Positions 9,566 through 17,451 of a stretch of 32,000 nt of DNA are shown piece by piece. Position 1 is the stretch's first letter, and each line of letters starts with the position of its first letter. The stretch is from Fusibacter paucivorans (GTDB lineage: Bacteria > Bacillota > Clostridia > Peptostreptococcales > Acidaminobacteraceae): NCBI RefSeq assembly GCF_018390735.1, contig NZ_JAHBCL010000017.1, forward strand, positions 18,384 to 50,383. Direction: 5' to 3'. The position numbers and the translations under genes are program-made. The notes under the pieces are model-generated. The model saw only the letters and a program-made list of their open reading frames with translations. It made no database searches and had not been told where the DNA came from.

Positions 9566-10281
9566 AGTGCATAACCTCTTGGTGTCACCATGCGGTGGTA
9601 TTCATGCTTTGTATTTGAATTGCCGACGATGACCAGGGAGGTCATGTCGATCAGATCGTAATCAATGCTGTCAATATTAAAAATATAATGTGATTCATCA
9701 TCGCGGCCGGCATCTTTCACGACACCGACGACGATTTGATCACCCTTAATTGCTCGGATGGCGGCAATGGCATCATGAATATGCGTGGGTCTGCCATGAC
9801 TTTTCGGGTTGTAGAAGCAAATGACAAAATCGCCCTCTGCGGCAAGCCGTACACGTTTCATGATGGTATCAATGGGTGTCAGCAAATCGCTGAGGCTGAT
9901 GTGGCAAAAATCGTGCATTAGCGGTGCACCGAGAATAGCGGCACTGGCACTTGATGCAGTAACACCCGGAATGATTTGAATGTCGTCCTGTCCTTCTGAA
10001 AGTTCGTAAACGAGTCCGGCCATACCGTAAATGCCCGCATCGCCGCTGCTGATCACGGCGACGGTTTTGCCCGTACGCGCGATGCGGATGGCTTCGCGGC
10101 ACCGTTCCACTTCGCCGCGCATGCCGTTGCTGACGATGTCATGTGTGTCTGTCAGTAAATTTTCAATGAGTTTGATATAGGTTTTATAGCCGACGATGAC
10201 ATCAGAATTTTGTATGGCATCTTTTGCAGCCTGTGTCATCATTGCTTCTGAACCGGGTCCTATTCCGACGACATAAATCAT
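9562..10281 (-). CDS. cbiH: Cobalt-factor III / cobalt-precorrin-3B C17-methyltransferase
   Basis: Tetrapyrrole methylase fold: [15 protein letters not shown]...VISSGDAGIYGMAG. The ATG at 10281 has GGGAGG 8 nt upstream and forms an ATGA overlap with the cbiG stop. Confidence 0.85.
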   Translation of the reverse strand: MIYVVGIGPGSEAMMTQAAKDAIQNSDVIVGYKTYIKLIENLLTDTHDIVSNGMRGEVERCREAIRIARTGKTVAVISSGDAGIYGMAGLVYELSEGQDDIQIIPGVTASSASAAILGAPLMHDFCHISLSDLLTPIDTIMKRVRLAAEGDFVICFYNPKSHGRPTHIHDAIAAIRAIKGDQIVVGVVKDAGRDDESHYIFNIDSIDYDLIDMTSLVIVGNSNTKHEYHRMVTPRGYAL

Positions 10282-11360
10282 ATGCTTAACCTCCCAAAGG
10301 CAAAGGTACATTGCCCTCCCCTTATTGTATTTTTTGATAGTGTATCGTGTGTCAGCAGATAGGCGGAAGGTCCGGCAACTGCTGAGACGCCAACGGTTCG
10401 CTTGACGAAATCCGATCCTTCAAACTGGGATTCGACGGCGGCGATTGCTTCGGCGTCCCAAAAATGACATTGGCAGTCAAGTGTCTCTGCCGTCAGGCGA
10501 ATGCACGGTTCATCGGATTTGAGTGCAATGGATGCAAAGGTGCAAAGCGCTTTTTTCGAAATAGCATAGGTGTCCAGCGCCGCCTCAAGTGCTTTTTCAT
10601 AGTCACTGGAAGTGACGCCGCGTTTACATCCCGTGCCGACGACAATGCACTTGCTGTAGTAAACAAAATCAGGTGTAGTGCCCCGAAAAGCTTCCGGTTT
10701 ACGAAGCGCAATCAGTACCCTTTTGCCTTGATGTGCATTGAAGGCGTCAAAATCATCATATGTTTTAATAGCATCGCCAAAGTGATCGATCTGTTTAACA
10801 TGCTTACTTTTAAGCCATGGGTCGATGTAGAGCCCAATGGTTTCACCGTTGGCAATGGCCATATTCAGTGTTTTAAGGTCACCTCTTGCAGCTGTGATGG
10901 GCACCTTATAGTGCGTGAAAACGGCTTCAAAGCCTTCAAGGCCTCGGCTATCCGTTGCCGTCGTGACGACGGGGACAGCTTCATAACCTGTTTTCTGTAG
11001 CACTTTGGCGATTTGTTTCGTCAATGCATTGGCTCTGCCGAGGTGGCCGGACAGCAAACTGATGACAAACCGGCCGCAGTCGTCAATGACGATGACGGGC
11101 GGATCAGACAGTTTGTCGGCGACATAGGGCGCAATGGCTCTGACGGCTATTCCTGCGGCACAGATAAAGACGAGTGCCTGCGGATTTTCGACATGTGCCT
11201 GAAAAACTGAGCCGGCAACAGTGCCAACGCCGCCGCCTGCTTTAACAGCGGCGCCGTCATAGCAGTGTGTTTGAAAAGATGAAGCGCCGGCAAGTGCATG
11301 CATGAGCTGAACACCTTTTTCTGAAAAGGCGATGAGATGCAGTTTATGATCTGAACTCAT
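10278..11360 (-). CDS. cbiG: Cobalt-precorrin-5A hydrolase
   Basis: CbiG-like ORF between cbiF and cbiH. I prefer the start [16 protein letters not shown] at 11360. The longer track ORF, starting at 11462, would run about 120 nt into cbiF. Confidence 0.8.
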   Translation of the reverse strand: MSSDHKLHLIAFSEKGVQLMHALAGASSFQTHCYDGAAVKAGGGVGTVAGSVFQAHVENPQALVFICAAGIAVRAIAPYVADKLSDPPVIVIDDCGRFVISLLSGHLGRANALTKQIAKVLQKTGYEAVPVVTTATDSRGLEGFEAVFTHYKVPITAARGDLKTLNMAIANGETIGLYIDPWLKSKHVKQIDHFGDAIKTYDDFDAFNAHQGKRVLIALRKPEAFRGTTPDFVYYSKCIVVGTGCKRGVTSSDYEKALEAALDTYAISKKALCTFASIALKSDEPCIRLTAETLDCQCHFWDAEAIAAVESQFEGSDFVKRTVGVSAVAGPSAYLLTHDTLSKNTIRGGQCTFAFGRLSI

Positions 11361-12093
11361 GTTTGAAGTCCTTATCGTACAGTTTTGAATCATTGTAACT
11401 CTTGCCGAGGCATTCGCCGACGATAATAAGCGCTGTCTTTGTGATTCCCGCTTCTGCGGCAAGTGCCGGCAGTGTTTCCAGTGTGCCTCTTAAAATGCGT
11501 TCGTCCGGCCAGGTCGCCTTGTAGATCATTGCAGCGGGGGTGGCTTTCGGATAGCCGCCGGCAATGAGTTCGGTCATAACATCTGAAATCATGCCTGAGG
11601 AAAGAAAAATGGCCATAGATGTTTTGTGTGCGGCAAAGGAACGAATGGACTCAGCTTTTGGCACCGGTGTACGCCCTTCCATACGGGTGATAATAAGGCT
11701 TTGTGATATTTCAGGAATGGTGTATTCGATTTCCAGCGACGATGCGGCGCCGAGAAAACTGCTGACACCGGGTATGAGATCGTAACCGATCTCTAAGGCG
11801 TTTAAACGTTCGATCTGTTCTCGAAGCGAACCGTAAATTGAAAAGTCGCCCGTGTGCAGCCTGACAACGGATTTACCACTGTTTACGCCCTTTTCGCAGA
11901 GTTCGATGATTTCATCAAGGTTGAGATAGGCGCTATCGTGAATTTCACATGATGGCTTGCAGTATTTAAGCAATTCTGGATTGACGAGTGAGCCGGCATA
12001 GATGACCACATCTGCATTTGAAAGCGCATGGTAACCTTTCAGGGTTATGAGTTCAGGATCTCCGGGGCCTGCCCCGACAAATTTTACGTTCAT
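11344..12093 (-). CDS. cbiF: Cobalt-precorrin-4 C11-methyltransferase
   Basis: [20 protein letters not shown]...[13 protein letters not shown]. The ATG at 12093 is preceded by AAGGTGG and abuts the cbiL stop. Confidence 0.88.
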   Translation of the reverse strand: MNVKFVGAGPGDPELITLKGYHALSNADVVIYAGSLVNPELLKYCKPSCEIHDSAYLNLDEIIELCEKGVNSGKSVVRLHTGDFSIYGSLREQIERLNALEIGYDLIPGVSSFLGAASSLEIEYTIPEISQSLIITRMEGRTPVPKAESIRSFAAHKTSMAIFLSSGMISDVMTELIAGGYPKATPAAMIYKATWPDERILRGTLETLPALAAEAGITKTALIIVGECLGKSYNDSKLYDKDFKHEFRS

Positions 12094-12791
12094 TTTGACC
12101 ACCTTTTATTGATTATTATCGTTGTAAAATAACGGATATCTTCAAAAGACACCGATTGAATCGAATTGAATCGCTTTTCACCGGGTTTGCCAAAATCACT
12201 GACGATGACGCAGTAATTTTCAAGGCCGTGTTTGAGGATCAGCGCTTTGATGGCGTCAAAGGAGCGATAGACTTTCATTAACACGAGTGCTTCGTAATCC
12301 TGAAGCTTTTGATCGAGATCAGAGAGGTCCTCAATGCACGGATAGATGAGCAGCGGCATATCGCCTTCCACCAGCGGCTGGTTTGTGCCGGATGCAATGG
12401 CGCTGTAGGATGATATCCCCGTCATGGTTTCAATGGGAACCGCATCCTTTATAAATTTAAGCAGATAAATGTAGGTACTGTAGATCATTGGATCGCCAAG
12501 TGTCACGAAGCCAACGTCTTTCCCCTCATTGACAAGCGCCTCTATTTCCAATGCAATGGGTTCAATGGCCGCCATCATGGCCTCGGTATCCGTCGTCATG
12601 GGAAAGTGACGGTATAAAATAGTCGTTTTAGGCGTTAAGTAAGGTGATGCGATCTGATGGGCTTCGCTGGTACCACCGGATTTGCTTTGTGGAACGACGA
12701 GTACATCCAGTTCGGAAAGTTTTTTAGCGGCTTTTACGGTTAAGAGTTCCGGATCGCCGGGGCCTACACCGATGCCGTAGAATTTATGCAT
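12090..12791 (-). CDS. cbiL: Cobalt-factor II (cobalt-precorrin-2) C20-methyltransferase
   Basis: [21 protein letters not shown]...[12 protein letters not shown]. The ATG at 12791 has GGAGG 5 nt upstream and overlaps the cbiT stop by 8 nt. Confidence 0.85.
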   Translation of the reverse strand: MHKFYGIGVGPGDPELLTVKAAKKLSELDVLVVPQSKSGGTSEAHQIASPYLTPKTTILYRHFPMTTDTEAMMAAIEPIALEIEALVNEGKDVGFVTLGDPMIYSTYIYLLKFIKDAVPIETMTGISSYSAIASGTNQPLVEGDMPLLIYPCIEDLSDLDQKLQDYEALVLMKVYRSFDAIKALILKHGLENYCVIVSDFGKPGEKRFNSIQSVSFEDIRYFTTIIINKRWSK

Positions 12792-13365
12792 GATTGCCTC
12801 CATACTGACATTTGATGATGTAACAAGGGTTTTGCGGTTTAAAGTAATGGTAACTGCCAAGTGCCTCCAGTCGACTTGCCTGTATCAGAGAGCCTTCGAT
12901 ATCGCGATAGCAGTCGCTGTGTTTATTGAGGTATGTCATAATTTCTGAAAGACTTTCGACGGTGATGACGGAAAAGACGATAATGGCATTTGCGGCCAAA
13001 TGAGCTGTTTCAAGCCATGTCATAATAGCTTCGAGCTGACGGCCCGTGCCGCCGAGGTAAACGCGGTCAAAAGTTGTTTCAGAATCAATGGCATCAGTAG
13101 GGGCCTCTGCCTCAATTACGTTGATATCAACGCCGTGTCGGCAGGCATTTTCTCTGATGAGTTCGCAGCCGGAAGCTGTTTTTTCAATGCCGTATACCTG
13201 CAGATTTGGAAATTGCTTTGCCATTTGAACGGTTACTGACCCTGTGCCAGCGCCAATATCCAGCGCACAGTGTGCTTTTTCAAGTTCCAGATAACTGATA
13301 ATGGCATTTCGGATTTCCATTTTGGTCATGGGGTTTTTCCCCCGAATAAAAGCGTCATCTTTCAT
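12784..13365 (-). CDS. cbiT: Cobalt-precorrin-6B C15-methyltransferase (decarboxylating)
   Basis: 193 aa. SAM-binding motif ALDIGAGTGSVTV, and the N-terminus DDAFIRGKNPMTKMEIR is typical of CbiT. Confidence 0.85.
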   Translation of the reverse strand: MKDDAFIRGKNPMTKMEIRNAIISYLELEKAHCALDIGAGTGSVTVQMAKQFPNLQVYGIEKTASGCELIRENACRHGVDINVIEAEAPTDAIDSETTFDRVYLGGTGRQLEAIMTWLETAHLAANAIIVFSVITVESLSEIMTYLNKHSDCYRDIEGSLIQASRLEALGSYHYFKPQNPCYIIKCQYGGNHA

Positions 13366-14026
13366 GAATTACAATCACCACACTCATTTGATAGTCTCGA
13401 TCTTCAATCGCCGAAGCCGGGGCATCAGTGATCTTTTCATCGGTATAGCTGAGCCGTTCGCCGACGATGATACGCGGATTTTCGCCATGATTCAGGCAGT
13501 ACTGTGCAATGGCAAACGGTGTATAAGTTCGGTCTGTCAGCAGACAGAGTTTTGGATGGTCTAAAAGTTCTTTTAATGCGTCTGTACGACCATGGAGACT
13601 CGTCATAAAGTAGTCGTGCATGGGAATGCCCGCTTTTGCAAAGAGCAGCTGTGTGCTGCTGATGCCCGGTTCAACGCTGATGGCAATGGGATAGGTCTGT
13701 CTAAGCCATTCCGTAATGCCGTAAAAGCTCGGGTCGCCGGAGGCCAGTATGCTGATGACATCTTCATCCGTGTTGGCCGCTTCGGCAAGCAATCCTGCAT
13801 CTGTTGCAGTCAAATAAGAATCAATGGCATCTTTAAGTGACGTGAGTCGTCCGTTGTAAGGGACTTCCTTTGCATACTTGCGAAGATAAGGTCTAACGGT
13901 TTCGAGCTGTCTCTCGACGCCGATGACAATGGCGGCGGCATTTAGTTTTGTGCGTGCGGCTTCGGTGATGTAGGCAGGATGCCCGGGACCGATTCCGATA
14001 ACGGTTAGTTTCAATAAAATCGTCAT
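13355..14026 (-). CDS. cbiE: Cobalt-precorrin-7 C5-methyltransferase
   Basis: Tetrapyrrole methylase fold: LTVIGIGPGHPAYIT...LASGDPSFYGI. It lies adjacent to and overlaps cbiT, as separate CbiE and CbiT proteins rather than a CobL fusion. Confidence 0.85.
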   Translation of the reverse strand: MTILLKLTVIGIGPGHPAYITEAARTKLNAAAIVIGVERQLETVRPYLRKYAKEVPYNGRLTSLKDAIDSYLTATDAGLLAEAANTDEDVISILASGDPSFYGITEWLRQTYPIAISVEPGISSTQLLFAKAGIPMHDYFMTSLHGRTDALKELLDHPKLCLLTDRTYTPFAIAQYCLNHGENPRIIVGERLSYTDEKITDAPASAIEDRDYQMSVVIVIHER

Positions 14027-14033
14027 TCCCTTC

Positions 14034-15155
14034 TCATTGATGAATGGTTTTAGCAGTGTTTCGCGTATCGGCTAACAACCGCTGCTTCATATCGTACAGA
14101 ACGACATCAATTGACACATTGCCTGAAAGGTGGTCTTCAATACGGCTGACAGCGGTATCTGCTATCTTTTCGAACACGCTTTGGTAAGGTGTTTCCCAGA
14201 GCAGTTCTGACATTTCGTCGGTGGTATTAGCCTCTTTGACGGCATTTAGCAGAGACAGTGGTGCCCCCATAAGTGCGAGATGTGCGACGACTGTTTCCCA
14301 GCGTGCATCGGCGACCTTACTGTGTGTGTTAAAAATACCTGCGGCAACTTTGACGAGTTTGCCGATATGACCGACGAAGACTAGATGCTGAAAGTTTAAT
14401 TTTTCAGAAGTTGCGGCGCAGAACCCCACGAAGTTGCTCATGTGTACAATATTTTCAGCATCATAGCTGAGTCGATTGACGGCAAAGTTCTCACCGTGTT
14501 TTCCGGGAACGAGGATGAGTGTTTCGATTCCCATTTCAGCTTTTTGCTTTAGTTCGACGTAAATGGAACTTTTAAAGGCGTCTTCGCTCATGGGTCTGAC
14601 GATTCCCGTCGTGCCGATAATGCTGATCCCACCGAGGATTCCCAGTTTGGGGTTAAAGGTTTTTTCGGCCAATAAAACCCCTTTTGGCGCAGAAATAATG
14701 ACCTTGATGCCACAGCTGTCAGGCAGGAGCGGCGCGAGGTTGTCTCTGAGCATTTGAAGGGGTTTGGGGTTAATGGCATATGCACCTACGGGAAGTTGTA
14801 GGCCGGGTTTTGTAACGCGACCGACGCCATCGCCACCTTCAATGACAATTTCACCAGCCGCTGAGGTAAGGGTGACCTCTGCATAGATTTCCAGTCCGTC
14901 GGTAACGTCGTAATCGTCGCCGGCATCTTTTATGACAAGCGCTTTTGCGCCTTTACTGCTTTTTTCAATTAGTTTGACTTTAATTTCAGGAAGCATGCTG
15001 CCGTCAGGTGCTTTGACGGCAATGGCAGACCAGCCGAAATCTGGCGCTGCGCCAAGGCAGGCCTTTAAAGCATAAACTGCGGCAGCCGTTGCACAGGCAC
15101 CTGTTGTAAAGCCTGTTCGCAGGAACTCGCCGCTATCTGACAGCACTTTTTCCAT
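14034..15155 (-). CDS. cbiD: Cobalt-precorrin-5B C1-methyltransferase
   Basis: 373 aa. The N-terminal LRTGFTTGACATAAA and GISIIGTTGIVRPMS motifs are characteristic of CbiD. Confidence 0.88.
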   Translation of the reverse strand: MEKVLSDSGEFLRTGFTTGACATAAAVYALKACLGAAPDFGWSAIAVKAPDGSMLPEIKVKLIEKSSKGAKALVIKDAGDDYDVTDGLEIYAEVTLTSAAGEIVIEGGDGVGRVTKPGLQLPVGAYAINPKPLQMLRDNLAPLLPDSCGIKVIISAPKGVLLAEKTFNPKLGILGGISIIGTTGIVRPMSEDAFKSSIYVELKQKAEMGIETLILVPGKHGENFAVNRLSYDAENIVHMSNFVGFCAATSEKLNFQHLVFVGHIGKLVKVAAGIFNTHSKVADARWETVVAHLALMGAPLSLLNAVKEANTTDEMSELLWETPYQSVFEKIADTAVSRIEDHLSGNVSIDVVLYDMKQRLLADTRNTAKTIHQ

Positions 15156-15160
15156 GAATA

Positions 15161-15841
15161 TTACCTGCCTTTAAAGTGATAGACGAGTGCATTGACGATA
15201 GATGCCGCCACATTGCTGCCGCCCTTTCTGCCAAGTGCCGTAATACACGGGATACTGGAAGCGAAGAGGGCGTCTTTGGATTCGGCGGCACCGACAAAGC
15301 CAACGGGAACGCCGATGACGCCAATGACATCGGGATTTGTTTCGGCATGGAAGTCCAAGAGCTGAAAAATAGCAGTTGGCGCATTGCCGAGCACGAAGAG
15401 CTTAAGACCCGGTTCTTCAAGGGCGAGCTGAATGGCTGCCATAGAACGCGTAATGCCTTGCGCTTTTGCCATGACTTTTGCATTTTCATCGGATACGAAG
15501 CATTTGAGCGTCCAAGGCAGTTTGCCGATTGCCGTCTTGTTGATGCCGGATAGTGCCATGTTGGTATCAGTATAAAGTGTCAACGGCATTTCAACTGTCT
15601 TTTCAAAGGCATCCAGAAACGCCTGATCTATTTTAAGGTTATCCAGATAGTCAAAATCTGCGGATGTATGAATGACGCGACGATAAATAGCTTTTGTCAG
15701 GGCATCCTCGGCAGGGTAGGTGCGACCGCTTTCGTGAATGATCTCATCTATAATCTCAAAGCTCTTGGTTTCAATGCCCATGGGATCTTTAATATAGGTT
15801 AGGGGTTCTTTGTGCATTGTTTTGCTCATTTCTTTATTCAT
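15161..15841 (-). CDS. cbiC: Cobalt-precorrin-8 methylmutase
   Basis: 226 aa. RVIHTSADFDY and LGNAPTA motifs match the CbiC/CobH family. ATGA overlap with the cbiX stop. Confidence 0.85.
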   Translation of the reverse strand: MNKEMSKTMHKEPLTYIKDPMGIETKSFEIIDEIIHESGRTYPAEDALTKAIYRRVIHTSADFDYLDNLKIDQAFLDAFEKTVEMPLTLYTDTNMALSGINKTAIGKLPWTLKCFVSDENAKVMAKAQGITRSMAAIQLALEEPGLKLFVLGNAPTAIFQLLDFHAETNPDVIGVIGVPVGFVGAAESKDALFASSIPCITALGRKGGSNVAASIVNALVYHFKGR

Positions 15842-16203
15842 AGCGGCAGCACTCTTTCGAGGATGATGTCGACAAGTTTTTCGTCAAAGCCGATATTGGC
15901 TAAAAAGTCAATGGTTAAGTCAGGGTAGTCAGCTCGGATGGCATCGAGTTCCATGGGAATATCTTCTTTAATATGGTTGCCGTTAAAGAGAAAGAACGGA
16001 AACGCTTTGATAGAACGAACGCCGTCTGAATAGAGGGCGTCAATGGCTGTCCTAAGGTCTGGCGCCATGAGCTGGAGGTAGCAGCTTGCGAATGTCGTTT
16101 CAGGTGATTTCGCCTTTAGTGCTGCCATGTACGCCATGGTGATGTCGTTTGTTTCCTGGACTTTACTGCCGTGTGCAATAATGAGCACCGCTTTTTTATT
16201 CAT
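15838..16203 (-). CDS. cbiX: Sirohydrochlorin cobaltochelatase, short single-domain form (CbiX-S type)
   Basis: 121 aa. It has AVLIIAHGSK and FPFFLFNGNHIKEDIP, the two catalytic-His motifs of class II chelatases. It is the first gene after the riboswitch, with GAGGAG about 8 nt upstream of the ATG. Confidence 0.72.
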   Translation of the reverse strand: MNKKAVLIIAHGSKVQETNDITMAYMAALKAKSPETTFASCYLQLMAPDLRTAIDALYSDGVRSIKAFPFFLFNGNHIKEDIPMELDAIRADYPDLTIDFLANIGFDEKLVDIILERVLPL

Positions 16204-16344
16204 TTTGCTTCTCCTCTGCGTAGCATAATTTTATAAATGGTAAGTTTGCCAATTTTCAGCATACATTAATGGGTTAATTTCAACCGCTTCAAAATATTTC
16301 ATTAGAAACTGCTTGAGATTCTCCGCTTTTTTGATACTTCTCTG

Positions 16345-16565
16345 TGGCATTAAAAAAGGATTACCTCTTCAGGTAATCCTTAGAACATACGATAAATGCA
16401 CCAAGTGAACCTCCCTCCGAAGTTACATTGCTCATTGAGCTGCGGCAGGTCTCCTGGCTTGGGGATCATTCTACTCTCTCGCCTTCCCATGATTAAACAG
16501 TGGCACTTGAGATTTCGTACTCCCTTACAGTAGCGGGGGCTGCTGAGGCTTTATACCTCATTCCC
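16345..16565 (-). promoter_or_regulatory. Cobalamin (B12) riboswitch with an intrinsic-terminator expression platform
   Basis: The minus strand reads AAAAGGGAATGAGGTATAAAGCC...GCCACTG at the 5' end. The B12 box AGCCAGGAGACCTGCC is the complement of 16444-16459. A hairpin AAGGATTACC-TGAAGAG-GGTAATCCTT plus TTTTTTA follows (complement of about 16351-16381). It lies about 150 nt upstream of cbiX. Confidence 0.88.
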
Positions 16566-16588
16566 TTTTAACCTCTTGTTTTTTTGTC

Positions 16589-16617
16589 TAAATAAAAATG
16601 AATAAGAGGACCGACAA
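16589..16617 (-). promoter_or_regulatory. Candidate sigma-A promoter of the cbi operon
   Basis: Minus strand TTGTCG (complement of 16612-16617), a 17-nt spacer, then TATTTA (complement of 16589-16594), just upstream of the riboswitch 5' end. The hexamers are weak. Confidence 0.3.
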
Positions 16618-16811
16618 CGTCTTATATGGTTTTGATGATGTAAACTTAGTCTACCATAAACCGTTTGCATGGAAAAGACACTTTTTTGTATTGATAGGGG
16701 AGTATTTTTGCAATCAATTCTGGAAATCATGCAGCGGATGCAGTCATTTGGACAGATAGGGCGACTCACTTGTCGCAATGCATCAGTATATGTGAACAAT
16801 TTAGATAATGA

Positions 16812-16840
16812 TTGTTTTTTGCTGGAAACTATGTTAAAAT
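16812..16840 (+). promoter_or_regulatory. Candidate promoter for the metG leader
   Basis: TTGTTT (16812-16817), a 17-nt spacer, then an extended -10 TGtTAAAAT (TAAAAT at 16835-16840). Confidence 0.45.
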
Positions 16841-16894
16841 GTCATCAAATCTGTGGTTTTTGACAAGGATCACAGGCAATGACAGCATATTTCG

Positions 16895-17150
16895 AAAAGT
16901 GATGACAGGAAGAGTACGCAGCGGCGGGATTTAGAGAGTTGACGGTTGGTGAAAGTCAATGACTTGAGCATGCGGAACATGGCCCTGGAACTGATGGCGT
17001 GAGTGCTTTGCATAAGCGGCATCCGCGGTTGTACGCGTTGATATACAGCTGACTGATTGGATCAGCACGAGGAAGTCTCAGTGATGAGGCTTTAAATTAG
17101 GGTGGTAACACGGCACGCTTCGTCCCTTTAAGGGCGAAGCGTTTTTATAT
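16895..17150 (+). promoter_or_regulatory. T-box leader with a Met specifier
   Basis: Stem I elements are present: GATGA...GAGTA (K-turn), the AGAGAG bulge and the distal loop TGGTGAAAG. The candidate specifier GAAC-ATG-G is at 16979-16981. T-box sequence AAATTAGGGTGGTAACACGG at about 17094-17113. Terminator ACGCTTCGTCCC-TTTA-(A)GGGCGAAGCGT plus TTTTTAT at 17115-17150. metG lies downstream. Confidence 0.85.
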
Positions 17151-17451
17151 TTTTTGAAAGTCATTGATCGGGTGGTATTTGCGATACATTGTCAAAAGTA
17201 TTTTTAATACTGCAAAATCAGCTTGTTGGTATGAGACACTTCACGGTGCTGCTATTTTAAGCTTATTGGCATAACGAACCATAACTAACTATAATTAACT
17301 ATAACGAACCATGACCATAATATACCGTTGCGATTATCAATACCATTACTAGCGAAAAAACATTCATGTATAAATAATTGAAAACAAAATGAATAAAAGT
17401 AATCGGCAGGAAACAGAAAAAGTCATGATGAAATGGAAAGGAGAGAGGCAT

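Noticed and set aside
16231-16350. 39-codon minus-strand ORF (MPQRSIKKAENLKQFLMKYFEAVEINPLMYAENWQTYHL) between the riboswitch terminator and cbiX.
   Set aside because: Its ATG directly abuts the terminator U-tract with no usable SD, the region is AT-rich leader sequence, and there is nothing to suggest coding. It could be revisited if ribosome profiling shows occupancy.
16551-16863. Track ORFs 16551-16799 (-) 82 aa and 16669-16863 (+) 64 aa in the divergent cbi/metG promoter region. A weak nested inverted repeat was also seen here (GATGCA...GCGAC-TCACTT-GTCGC..TGCATC, 16737-16784).
   Set aside because: Neither ORF has an SD, and the first overlaps the riboswitch 5' end and the candidate promoters. 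The inverted repeats have stems of only 5-6 bp with no U-tract, which is within chance expectation for a 300-bp spacer.
17389-17451. In-frame 21-codon N-terminal extension of metG (MNKSNRQETEKVMMKWKGERH).
   Set aside because: There is no SD before 17389, whereas AAAGGAGAG precedes the ATG at 17452. MetRS homology starts at MSQKTFYVTTP.
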